Of a stretch of DNA of 64,000 nt, positions 23,778 through 36,310 are shown piece by piece. The position numbers and the translations under genes were made by a program. Source of the DNA: Oopsacas minuta. Lineage: Eukaryota; Animalia; Porifera. Every line of letters begins with the position of its first letter. Position 1 is the first letter of the stretch. The stretch lies in NCBI GenBank assembly GCA_024704765.1, contig JAKMXF010000310.1, positions 558,001 to 622,000 of the forward strand, in the 5' to 3' direction. The notes beneath the pieces were generated by a model. That model ran no database searches. It saw nothing but the letters and a program-made list of their open reading frames with translations, and was not told where the DNA came from.

Positions 23778-26700
23778 TTAACATGATTTCTTGTTAAAAG
23801 AGTCAAGGAAATCGTAAGATTCACTCAAAGCAAATGGTTTCCTTTCTGGTTCCATATCACACCAATCAATCTTCTTATAGCTATTCTCATTGATGAGCAC
23901 ACACACTTGATAGTATATCTCTCCCAGATTAGAACCACTAGCTACTCCACTGATGAAGATACCAAATTCATTCCGGATCTGGTTAGCAGTTGTTTGTGCT
24001 TGATCCAGCTGAGAGGCGTCAAGTAGTCCGTCACTACTACTGGTTGGGTCCACGTCACCACCTGTACGCAGGCCTACAGGGTAGGTTACTATAACTATCG
24101 GGTTGAGATTAAGATTGAGGAAACTGCTGAGTAAGTCAGGTCCGATTGCCAGTAATACGTGTTTCTTCGAAGCAACAATATTTGTACAAGCAATTGCAAA
24201 AGGACTGTTGCTAGAGAGCTCGAAATTTCCTGGAGGTAAGGGCGTCAGCGTTTGGTAAGTGTCTGGACGTTCTTGTATCAAAATATCGGCTAAAAAATTG
24301 TTCAGGGCTCCAACGATAAGTATGATACGTGTCTGATCTTTCTCTATTTTCCAAATCTAAAGAATAAACAATATTATGTTGAAAGTATTTTTGAAAAATT
24401 GTCAGGTAAAAGGACAAGCTAGAGTTTTTGTTACATACATAGGGGACCGAAGGGTTTCCTGGATAATTAATTGGTAGCTACCCTCGGTGATTCGTCTACA
24501 AATTTTTCGTCATTATATCTTCGTCTTATTAATTTCATTACTTTTTAGCATAATTCGCCACTTTTAAATGTGACGAATCATTAGTAGTATTTTTTGGTCG
24601 ATGGAAATGCATAGTGCAATGAAAAAGGTACTCCTTTCATTATCTAATACGTATCCAAGAATTGAGTCAGGTAGTTTGCGTAATAACCATCTCCTTGGTA
24701 GATTTCATAACGTACGTTTGTACAGCAATAATGATATGCATAAGCATGATTATATTTAGAGTAATTAATGTAAAAGAAAAGTTTCGTCATTGTAAAAAAG
24801 TGCCTTAAACTTTAGTCACCAAAATGGCACTGAAAACATGAAAAGTTATTAATAGTCAATAATGATAGATGAAATTTGTTGTTGTTATTGTAACAAAAAA
24901 GTACACAGCTTACGAAAGTAGAGCCTGTTAACGGTTTAGAATTTCCTGGGTTAAGGATTACCTCAAGTCTTTTAAATTTGACTTGCAATTTTATTTTTCT
25001 CAATTGTATAAAACTAGTGCATTCTGGCTCAAATTATTATTGATAATGATAGTTAATATATTACACAAGTCATGATATCCAACATTCCAAGTTCGATATG
25101 ACGTCATATGTTGGGTTAAAAGGGCAATATGTTGTTATAAATGCACCATTTTTTAATCTCTGATAAACGATCACTAGTGTGTCTTCAATTCCAGAATTGA
25201 TATAAAGTTATCTCAGGATGTTTATACATGAAAATATAAATTTTTGTAATTATAAAGTTGTCACATTACTGAGGTATATTAGGTACCATGGATGGCACAT
25301 GCTTTGCCATGCCAATATCCACTTATAACTCCATAGTCGCTAGAGTCAGTGGCGTAGACAGGGTGGAAGGCCGGTATTATTCACAGTTCTTGAAAATTCA
25401 TTTTATCAATGAGCACAGTTTCAGTGACAAATGTCACCAATAAATTTCAAATATTATTCTAACACAATGAAAATAAAATTTTGGTAAATTTCAAGCCAAA
25501 TTCAACAAAAAGTCCCAAATAACCCGTTTATAGGGAAATCGACCTTTGGCCTATTTCATTATAAATTTCTTTGGAAAATCATATCAGATACTTTGTCACT
25601 GCTTTCTCTATTAACCGAATACTGTACTGCCGGGAAAATGTGTCATTTTATGACGTCAAAAGGGTACTGAAATCTAGATTTGGGTGCGAGAATTGGCTAA
25701 AACGAAGTGGTAAAATTAACGTGTTCCTTTTCGTTACGAAAGTAACACTTCGACTATAATCGGTTAATTATGGACTTGAAGTAAGCCATGGTTAAATACC
25801 GTGAATAGGCTATAGTTTCGTAGGCTGTGAAAAATGTATAATCTCTGTGGAATTTAAATCTTAAATGTATATACGTGCGTATTTACAAATTTTGGTGTTA
25901 ATCAAACTGGCTGGGCGGACATACTTCGTCCCATTGAACATAGCACAAATTTTCTGGAAGAAACATCTCATTAAGAGGGATACTATAGGGAGCTACTGTA
26001 TCCATTACACTGGCATATTAGAAACCTGTGAATAGAATTCGTGTTTGTTCCATATTTTTCTAGCTTCGGCTTTCTTCTGGGGAAACCATCTTTTAGTGCT
26101 TTTACCTCTCTTCTTTGGCAAGGTTATTCCCGGGTATTTTCCCTGTCCCTGCTGCAGAGAGTTCAATGAAGGTATAAGGCCAACCAGTCGTTCATGGTTG
26201 TCTTCTACAAGTGTAGCTGTAAACCATCTGTATTCCATCTGTAATAATCTATATTTAAGTATAGAATAGATACTAGAGTATTAACTAAAATTAGGTAGCT
26301 AGGAAGTTTGCATAAAAAAGGAGGTGAAAAGTAGGATTGTTGGCCTAAAATTGCCAATTGTGTTGTGTAATGATGAGAAACTCTTAATCAGGACATCCGC
26401 TTAATCGGTTAATTGGGAAAAACGCTTAATACGGACACTTATCCAACAAGGATTTAGTTACCGTCAGTAGAGAGAATGCAAGAATCTTTCGGTTAATCGG
26501 GACACAGTTGCTTCGAACAAAAGTGCCCCAATTAAGCGAAGTCAACTCTATTTAGCCAAAATAATGTTTATATCGATTATTAATACATTACGAAAGGTAA
26601 ACAGGTATAGTTTATTAAAGATATGTGATTTACATATTTTTGATCCTGATATATTTTGTATAATAGGTCGTGGGACACTAAATTAGATCCATAGCAGGTA

Positions 26701-29700
26701 TGCGTAAGCTGCTCGCACGTAAGGACGTCGAGCACAACTTGATCATAAGAGTAATTAGCTCTAGAGCTGAACCAAAACCTATTATTAAATTGAATCAAAA
26801 ATTTGTAAAACTAACTATCACCTATGTTTTTGAGGACCAACAGCATCGCCAAAATCATCAATTCTGACAATCATCCCATCTCTCAATTCCAAGCCGGGTT
26901 CTGGAAGTCTATAATATTAAGTAGGGAATATTAAATATTCGTAAGAAAAGTATCGATTTTTGTAATATCACTAAAACTTCATTCTCACGACGTGCAAAAT
27001 ATGGAACGTTTGAATAACCAAAATCTCGAATTATTTCCCGCAGTAATGAAATAGAATATTATCATTTCATAGGCCAAGATTACGGGCAAAGGGTTTATGA
27101 CCTCTGTTTGTAAATATGATTTCAAGCATTTCAACAACAATTTCATTAACTCTAAAGAGTTAAAAAAGAAATGATTACTGGCCTAGAATACATACATATG
27201 AAATATACAAACAGGGCCTAGGGGTTATATAAGGACAGAAGTAAATATACAACAATATGCACCTGGCTACATAAACATTGTTCATTATCTGTGGAATATA
27301 CTCAACAATCAGCTGATGGGTTAGGGTATCTTTGTTTAAACTTGTAGAGATGCATCGGCACCTTTCAAGGGATCAATAGGATATCTACCTGATTCAGGAA
27401 TCGGGATTCCTTTAATGGTAGATTCTTTAGTTTTCATTTTGTCTAATTCAGAAATAGTAGGATTGCAACCAGGTGATTGTTTTGGTACATGTAACCATCT
27501 CCTCTTACAGAAACAAAATAACAGCAATATTATCACAAGGGCTAGCATAATGATAAGACGAAAAGAATAACACCGTATACCACGATAATGATTTCAGCCT
27601 CACCAGAGCTCAAGATTTTAGGAATCATAGTAATGGATTCACAATAACTACTGTTTGCTTTGGAGATGTTGCATGTTGAATCCGCCAAAACAGGAACATT
27701 CAGATGAACCGATTGTATTGATACAGTTATGTTCACAACCTCCATTCCTCACCTCACATTCGTTTACGTCGTTACAGAACGTCTCATTAAGATTAACAAA
27801 TCCCTCATGACAATCACATTTGTAGGAACCAATTGTGTTAGTGCAGTTACCTTGACAAATAATACTACTGTCTTCACACGCATTTATGTCTGAGCATACG
27901 AAACTACTATCATTGTAGAAGGTACGTTCTGGTGGATAAGTACAGTTACAACCATCCTCTGTATCAACTTTATACCAAGTATTATCCCCAGGACAGACAA
28001 ATGATTGATCTAAACAACGATAACTCTGTACAACACAGTCAGAATACACACTTGGATCTTTCAAACTCAAATCCGTTCCAACGCACAGACCATCATCATT
28101 AGTAACAATGTATGCATTTCCTTCAGTACTTAATTTAGCTATCCATTGATATTCACATGCGCAGTTCAACATTACGCCCTTCAATCCCAGATAAGTTAGT
28201 GATGGAAATTGTAAGATGAGCTCATCTGTTAATCCCACACCAGTGTGCCCTTCCATGTATAATTCTTTAACACTCTTGATTGTCGTTAGTGTAGAAATCG
28301 GAAATTCAGGATTTCCATTAATTTCTAGAATGGCCAGATTATTCAATCCTAAGAATGTATTAGTGCCTACAGTAGTTATTCCATTATCAAATAAATCTAG
28401 AGAATCCAATTTCTTTAGTCCTTCGAATGTACAGTCAAATAATTCCCGAAGTTGATTTCCTTTTAAAATGATTTGAGTAAGTTCCCTCAACCCTTCAAAA
28501 GCATTCCGTTCCACTCTTGTTAGCCTTCCATATGTCCACGCAAAAAACTGCATTTGATTTAGACCCCTAAGTATGCTATCATCGAACACTACTGGATTCG
28601 TTTAGTATTGTAGATTCATATACCCTAAGTTGATTATGATAGTATTGTTTGAGAGAATTGGTATAGATTCACATATCAGAAAATCCACATTAACATATTC
28701 TAAATTAGGAAAGTAAGAGAAGAAATCGTTTCCCTTCAAGTATACTCATTAAACATATTTAGGATGGATATTTCTCATTCGCTGTATCAGTATGAACATA
28801 GAATTTCTTCGAGTTCAAATTGTTGATTTGCAAGGTAATAAAGTTATATGGTAAGCTATTCAAAGTCAAATTTATACCTTCGCTTAAGATACGATTTTAA
28901 GTTTTAACACAGGCAGACTTGTATCTTCGCTCAAGCACAAATCGAAAAGATCTTGTATCAAATTTGAGTTTGTTGAAGAGAGTTCGCATTATTGAAATCC
29001 TCAACTATAATACAATTACCATCATCATTTGAGCAAGTGATAACGGTGGGTACAGTCACTATTGAGTAGCACCAGATCAAAATGTTCAGAACAATGTATA
29101 CAAAATTCTGATTTTCCAACATTTAATTTGAGAACTTTAGCAATTAGAAATATTTAGATTAAAGTGGTAGAACCTTGGTTATTAAATAAAGCACAAACCT
29201 TTATACTTCATTTAATAACTAAGGTTTTACCATTTTAGCTATGTCTTCGAAATATTCAATTTCACATACTTCGGTTTTAGAAACTAGTCGTTAGTAAACT
29301 TTTCTACTTAAATCGTTATTAGCCAGCGGTTATACGTATACAGTACATCTCGTTATAATGAACTGCTTGGGACCAGGCTTCATGTCGTTGTAAGCGAGTA
29401 AAATCTATTACTTTAAAGCTACTGGGGTAAATAATCACTTCGTTAAAACGGCAGTTTTCATATCTATTGACAAGTAATGTACTGGTGTGAAGTAACTATC
29501 TATCAGCCAGTGCTATGATGGCATTCATATTCATACATAGTTGTTATGTCTCACGTATTAGAGCATAATCTCATTTTCATTTTTACCTTCTCATCTAAAT
29601 ATTTCTGGGGAAATTGTTATTACAGTGATTCATAACGAAATGAATACTATTGAGCAACTATTGTGGGTAGATCTCCTATTAACCAAATTCCAACTGATGT

Positions 29701-32700
29701 TAAACAAATCTCACGGATAGATTTTACAAAAGTTGGAAACTATGTTCATATTATATAAGTACAGTAGCATACCAGCGAGCTCCTGGGTGGGGAAATTGCC
29801 CACTCGGAGAAACAAATTGAGGAAATTATTAAAATAAGAAAAGATGAATTTCTTTCTTATTTTAATCATTTCCTCAATTTTATTCTCCGAGTGGTTAATC
29901 TAGTCCAGTGGTTCCAAACGGGGGCTCAAACGCCACCCGGGGGGCGCTGTGGAGGAAGGGGGCGTTGAGAAGATGATTAGTCGTTGGATGAAGATTTATT
30001 CTAACATCTGTAAATTTTGCGAAATACTATTGTATCTTTTTATGTTGTGCATTTTACCCATAATGACAATTCTAACACTTTGGGCCACAAGAAGAGCTGA
30101 GTATTCACCATTTACAATCAATCAATGCCTTCGATGGTATCTTTTCTTTGTTTTGAATTAATAGTTCAGCGGCTTCTTAACAAAGAAGTTATAAAAAGTG
30201 ATCATACCATGTTATTTCATTAATTACCTCAATAGTAGACGCGTTTTTTTCGTGCATATCCAATCATGACTGAAAACCCCAAGAAAAAATGCCGTCAACA
30301 CTTCATAGATTATCTGAAATTTGTTTTCATCGCCTCACCTATGCAGTTAGAACCGGATGAATTCAAACTAGCAAAGAGCCACCAAAGTCAGGGATCACAT
30401 GTTCCAACGTATAACTAGATTAGTTCCTAGATACGCTATCAGTCTATCATTTATAATTCCACATATTCACTAATTAAAATCTGATTCAATAAAGTATTAA
30501 GTAGGGGGCGTTAAATTAGTAAAGGTTGGGAAACACTGATCTAGTCTATCAAGAGAGGAAGTGAGCCGTAATAACTTATTCATCAGATATAACTACGATG
30601 ACAATAAGATTATAAAATAATGTAAACTCACTCTTTGTCCTGTAGAGGGTTGTAGTCAAAATGAATTTTAAAGTATAAAGATTCCGTGACCATACTCTCT
30701 CTGGTGCTAGAGTGTGACATACAATCAGAAATTCGTCTAGCATTCACCAGGCTGTTAAACTCCCTCTGAGCATGTACCAGCTTGAGGTTTACCTGTATTT
30801 AGCAGTGTATTCAACTAGGTACGTATACCATGTGTTCACGTAGGGGTAAGCAAAAATTTTGTTAACACATTAAGCCATTTAATTCAATGTGACAGTACAG
30901 GCGATATGTGATATTATGTCAGAACTGTGTGCTTTGATCATACAGATTGCACAAATATATAGCGAAGCTATAGTACAGTATTTTAATACAAAAAACCTAT
31001 ACAAACATCTAAAATGGGAGTTTGCTACAATCAGAGAAAATGACCTTCCAACATTATAGGAAAACTAACCTAATAAACTGTACTATTTGAGTCATAAGAG
31101 CAGTATGACTACCTTGAAAATTGAAACCCTAAGCACCAAGTACAAACATTAGCAACGGCGGATTCCTGGAGGGGCAAGGGGGGAAATTGCCCCCCCCCCC
31201 AATTTTCAACAATAGAATAACTGAAATTAATTAGTAAACAAGAAAGAATCAGAAATATCTTATTGCTGGGAAATAGCCAACGAATTGTAGTTCTAGTATG
31301 TGTGTTGTGTAGTATTCTATAATGAAATCAAAAACTAGCTCTGATAAGTTCAATTTTTCCACACCAGAATTTTTAAGAATCCGCCACTGAACATTCGTAT
31401 TAGTATTGTTAATAATCACCTCACCTGTTGAGGATAGTTCTGAAGAAATTTTAATGCCTGATCAACTGTACAATTCCTTGTAATAGAATGGTCTCCAACA
31501 GCTATCAGTTGATCACCAATAAATATGTGGCCATTCTTCTCTCCCGCTCCGCCAGGTGTTAGCCGAGTAACATAGATTTTACCATCCGAGCCTCCCAGGC
31601 TTAACCCATAAATTCCGTCAATACTCCTAAGGAATACCTGAACAAGTTATAATATAAATAGTATTAGACTCCGCTATATACGTAAGATAAACTACCCTCG
31701 TACCAAAGAGACTAAATTTAGTGGAGTGGAAATACCAGTGGTCGACAAAATATAAATTTCTTGGTGGCCAACCTAAGCTACCAAATTATATATTTGGTGG
31801 CAATTAGCCACCATTTTACTCGTTTTTAGAGACCCATTATATAATCTCTCTATGTAGAATCTAAATATTTTGGTTGCTTAACTAAGCCACCAGCTTCAGG
31901 ATTTTGGTGGCTAACGCCACCAAACCACTTAATTTGTCGAGCACTGGGGAATATACTAGTAAATAAATGCAGCTTATAGCTATGAAATTAATAACCTCTC
32001 TAATACAGCTGGCAAGACCTGGCTGAGCTATATGCAACAGTGCACGTTTCTGTACTTTGAGATGCAACAGGTGTGGACAGCTTCTGATAGTTTGTATCGC
32101 CTCTTCTCTATATACGTGCTCAAGATTAGTGTTGTTAGCACTAATTATCCTGTCTCCCTTATGAAGCTGTGTGTTTTCTGCAGCTACACCTGACACATGC
32201 GTGATAAATATACCGTCATGATCTAAACGCAACATGAAAACGTAACATGAAAACATCAAAATTAATGTATCCGTAGTATGATATTACTAAGAGTATATTC
32301 GAGGGGTAGAGCGACCAGGGGCGTGCTGGTCCTTCAGAAAGGACCACAAACTAGCATAATCTGAGGGGTCCAGCCGCGGATGCAAGATATGTCTTGGGTA
32401 AATCTCACGACTATACGCTAAAATATTGATCTTTCGCGACAAATTTGTTTCCCTGGAAAATTGTTACCGTTGGACCAAAAATTTAATGATTATTTGGTTC
32501 TACTTTGATATTTTGGTCCCACCAACCAAAATTCCATGGAAAATTGTCCGTAGGAGCAAAATTTCCCCTGACAGCTTTAGGGACTATATTTGAGCATACA
32601 TTCTCATCAAATGAAATCATATTCAATATATAGTAGTACAAGATACATTTACGGGGGCCATGATGCCAGGGGCCCAAAACGAGTTCTCGTTGTCTCGTCC

Positions 32701-35471
32701 CTAGCCAGCACGTCCCTGAAAGCGACGAACCAATGCTCTTATTATAGAAATATCAAATATACTTGCGCTTGCTTGCAACGCCATAATTGGATAATCGAGC
32801 AGCTGACTTTGAGATAATAAATACTCAAATACTAAATATTTGTTGCGTTATAACATTGATACGCTAAATGTAGAGCTACTAACCGTCAATCAGTCGATCA
32901 TCTTTTCCTCCTTTAATTGTTATACCAAATCCTTTTATAGGATTATCAGTCTGCAGATACACATCAAGTATGTCAATTTGAGATTCTTGCTCTTTGGGAT
33001 AGATATCCATCTTCCGAGATATCTTAATCACGAGCGTCTCGTTTCGCACTCTGAGGAGCTCGTTGGCAACCTAATAGAATGCAATATTAAGCTGGAATTG
33101 TAGTTGGTGCGGATAATAATTCTATATATGGCCTAATAAATACATGGCCGTGTATGTAACTAAAGATTTTCTCATTTGCCAATTAAACTTTCTAGGGTCT
33201 TCCATATATGAAGAATTCAATGAGACTACGTTCTTACGGTAACCCTTCATGTGGTTTAGGCTCTTTTATAATTATCACATTAATATATATAAAATATGAC
33301 ATTAATATATATAAAATATCGTTATCATCAATTTTGAAATTTTGAAATTGTATATTTTGAGAATTTGTTGCGAAAATTGTTTCATTTCATGCGTACTGCA
33401 TTAATATTAATATTAATATTAATATTAATATTAATATTAATATTCAGTATAAATACTTCTAAGTTTTAAATCAATTTACTAACAAATTTTGTTAAGTTTT
33501 TAATATAAATCATATTTATCAAATTCATTATTTTTTCATTATAAATAAATTTTACACTTTTTCGTTCATCAAGTTATTTTGAAAAGATTCATTTTGATTT
33601 GAAAGATAATACATACTAACAATATCATGCATTTTTAAATAAAATAGAAATAATAATAAATTTATTATCAAAATTTATAAAGTGTACAGGCCGTTCGCAG
33701 GGGTTACGTTCTCGAGAATTGTCGCGAATGGGAAAATCGCACGGCAAGAAGTTAGTTCAATGACTGTAGTGGGGTTACTTTCCTGGATTTAAAATGACAA
33801 ACAATAAGTGATACTAAATATGATCAGAATGTATAATTAAGCGATAATTATGAGTTTTAGAAAGGATAATTGTATTTACTGAGTTAAAAATATTACTTGT
33901 GTGAGTATAAGAGGATAAACTTTCTTATTATTAATAAGAGAAAAATACATTTTCGCCATACTAATGCATACAAAATATAAAAATTGCAAAATTTCTATAA
34001 AACTGACATTACTCGTACAAAAACCGCGAATAATCGAGGGAATTCATCGCGAACGGTAAAATGAGACACGAAATATTTTCCGCGAATAATCGAAACAGCG
34101 AACGGTAAAGGGCTGCCTGTGTATAAAAACGAACATAATTTTGGAATCCTAACGTCATCGTTGAAAGAGCTTAACCCATATAATGATGACCGTAAGAACT
34201 TGCTAAGTAGTCTCAATGATCCTATTATAGGCAGTGGTGGTTCAAGGATCTGCTAGATCCTTGAACCACCACTGCCTATAATAGGATAAAATCCCCCGGA
34301 GTTTGAATATTCTGGATCACGCCTGCTATTAGATAACATCATAACTTTACTGTATTTTAATATTAACTATAATCTCATCACTTACGTCATGTTTGACTAT
34401 TCTGGTGTCATTACTGTTGACTTCAACTATTCTATCAAATGGCATGAGAGCTCCAGAACTCTGAGCAATACTGTTATCATAAACCTCATTGATATAAATA
34501 CCCGGACCGTCTTGATCTTCCTCTCCTCCTATAATAGATATACCCCAAGGAGGTAGGTCTTTGGAGCGACTGAGTTCTACTGTAAACTCCTCGTACAGAT
34601 CAATTGGTTGCGGGTTCTCCTCTGGGAAGGATTCCTACGATAAATTTAGTGTAATCTGTGTTTACAAGCTCATAATTATTCCCAAGATTTCGAAAATTCC
34701 TTGATTCCAAAGCTTTAGATTCATAAATAGCGATTTCAGGTTATTAATATTCGAGTAAAAAGTATATAAATTTGCTAATATTTCCCTTTCTTTGTAAAAT
34801 CCCGAGATCTATATATCCAATACGTGCACGTGGTAGGGCATCCTATGACCATTCAATAATGGATGTAATTTCAGAATCTTGGTTACTGAGACAAAATAAA
34901 TGGGTTTCAGATTGGTTAACTTAGTTTTACCAACAAGTGATTTCTGAGAACATTTTCAAGTTTCTCAAATGTAAATTTATTGTTGTTTTTATGAAATTAA
35001 AGAAAACAAATCAGCAAATCTCAAAATTTACATATATATTTACTCTCACCGCTTCAAAGCGGGGTTGATCTTACAAAATAATTCAAAAATAGATATGCCA
35101 TATATGTATATCTATATTGTAATACTCAAAGGGCCGTCAATTTGGAGAATAATGGATACCTCGAGGCGCAATGCGCCGAGTTCATCGCGAAGCGACGAGC
35201 CAAAGACTCGTACTATGAATATTATCCTTACTTTCCATTCCTCAGCAGCTTTAATTATTTTATTAGCTTTGTGTCTATGTGTCAGTGTTTGTTTCTGTAA
35301 AACATTCCAGTAGAGCTCTCTTAACTGACGAATTTTATTCAAAACTGATTTATCTAACTCTATCAGTGCATCGTACAGTTCCTGCTGCACGGGATCACCC
35401 GAGTTCAGACGTCTTCTATATATCCCAAACATTTTGAGTAATTCTGATAAGTCTATCACCGGATTTTCCAT
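23778..35471 (-). CDS. DLG1: Discs large (DLG1-like) MAGUK: L27-PDZ-PDZ-PDZ-SH3-HOOK-GK. Predicted exons 35232-35471, 34386-34634, 32884-33070, 31996-32222, 31425-31637, 30632-30792, 26822-26908, optional 26634-26766, 26026-26238 (or 26248), 23778-24356
   Basis: L27-like IYRRRL..IRQLRELYWNVL. Three PDZ loops WGISIIGG, FGITIKGG and YGLSLGG. SH3 FKIHFDYNP/LPEPGLELRDGMIVRI/WFTATL..VGLIPS. GK TRIILIVG..LIQERPD, KHVLL, EIYYQVCVLI..W. All junctions are GT-AG and phase-consistent. Confidence 0.85.
27336..29122 (-). pseudogene. Signal peptide-LRR-LRRCT-EGF(Ca)-TM receptor pseudogene, intronless, nested in DLG intron 6
   Basis: ATG 29122 with a hydrophobic leader and a stop after 54 aa. LRRs (NAFEGLRELTQIILKGNQL), LNCACEYQWI cap, EGF-Ca repeats (CSDINAC..CTNTIGSYKCDC). 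The TM and basic tail are split over ORFs 27542-27745 and 27336-27548. At least five frame disruptions. Confidence 0.8.
29800..29894. repeat. ~95-bp imperfect hairpin
   Basis: ccactcggaga..aattgaggaaat..ttaaaataagaaa and tttcttattttaa..atttcctcaatt..tctccgagtgg. Confidence 0.7.
29906..30538 (+). mobile_element. hAT (Buster/Charlie-type) internally deleted non-autonomous element
   Basis: Terminal inverted repeats cagtggttccaaac and ggttgggaaacactg, with a perfect 8-bp target duplication ATCTAGTC (29898-29905, 30539-30546). A mini-ORF at 30266-30418 fuses the transposase N-terminus (KKKCRQHFIDYLKF) to its C-terminus (LEPD..KLAKSHQSQGSH). Confidence 0.88.
31153..31389. mobile_element. hAT-like MITE
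   Basis: Ends caacggcggattc and gaatccgccactg; flanks AACATTAG and AACATTCG (7 of 8 matching). Confidence 0.65.
33403..33444. repeat. (AATATT)7 self-complementary microsatellite
   Basis: Seven exact copies of a palindromic hexamer. Confidence 0.9.
34219..34287. repeat. Perfect 33-bp-stem hairpin with a 3-nt loop, in DLG intron 2
   Basis: atcctattataggcagtggtggttcaaggatct-gct-agatccttgaaccaccactgcctataataggat. Confidence 0.9.
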
Positions 35472-35769
35472 TATTCAAGCTAGGATAATAGAAATTAGAA
35501 ATATTAGGTAGGTGTATCATAAATATAGTATTCAACGAATGGAGGGATTTGGTCGAAAAAGTTATTTGAGAGAATTCTGGTTGAAAGAAACAAAATCGAG
35601 TCACTTGAGTATTTTAAATTAGAAGTTTTCGACGATCTTCCTATAAAGAAGTTTTTCAACCAATTTACCATCAGGGAAAATTCCGAATTAACATAGTTTA
35701 GGAAGGATATATTGATAAATGGTTATTACAAAGTTACTAAAGAAATTTATTATGAGTATATACTTACAA

Positions 35770-36031
35770 CAAGGGCTTCCCTAATTTACGGAACGGAACG
35801 GAGTCATTTCACCTAGAAACTTCCCTCTCTAATTTTTGATCTCCTTTTCTTGACTAGATGTAGTTACTTGAGACAATTAATTACCACCCAAGTGAAGAGT
35901 ATCAATACAAATGCTTGACAACTGTCATGATATATTATTCTGTGATTTACAAGGCCAAATGTACAACAAACAACAATTTTGAAATTTCTTCAAGTTTGTC
36001 TGTTCGGTTCCGTGAATTAGGGAAGCCCTTG
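35770..36031. mobile_element. MITE with 25-bp terminal inverted repeats
   Basis: caagggcttccctaatttacggaac and gttccgtgaattagggaagcccttg (one mismatch). Confidence 0.65.
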
Positions 36032-36310
36032 CAAATAGGATTTCTCTAAAAAAGATTGTACTGTTGTATGTTGTAGCTTCCCATACATGAAACCTATAAA
36101 TTGTGTTGTATTATATCATCTATATGTATTGTTATATACAAATCTAGCCAGAAAACTGTCGCATTATATAATTCCACTAGGCCACTGTAGTATTACAGTA
36201 ATCACTTCATACAACACAAAATAAACAAAAATTAGAATTATCGATTTGTAGATTACATAACAGCTAGCTATATACACGAAAAATAATTCAATCGTTATTA
36301 CTGAAATTTA

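Noticed and set aside
23778-24281. Stand-alone vWA-like protein
   Set aside because: It fits much better as the guanylate-kinase exon of the DLG gene, with an in-frame acceptor at 24357.
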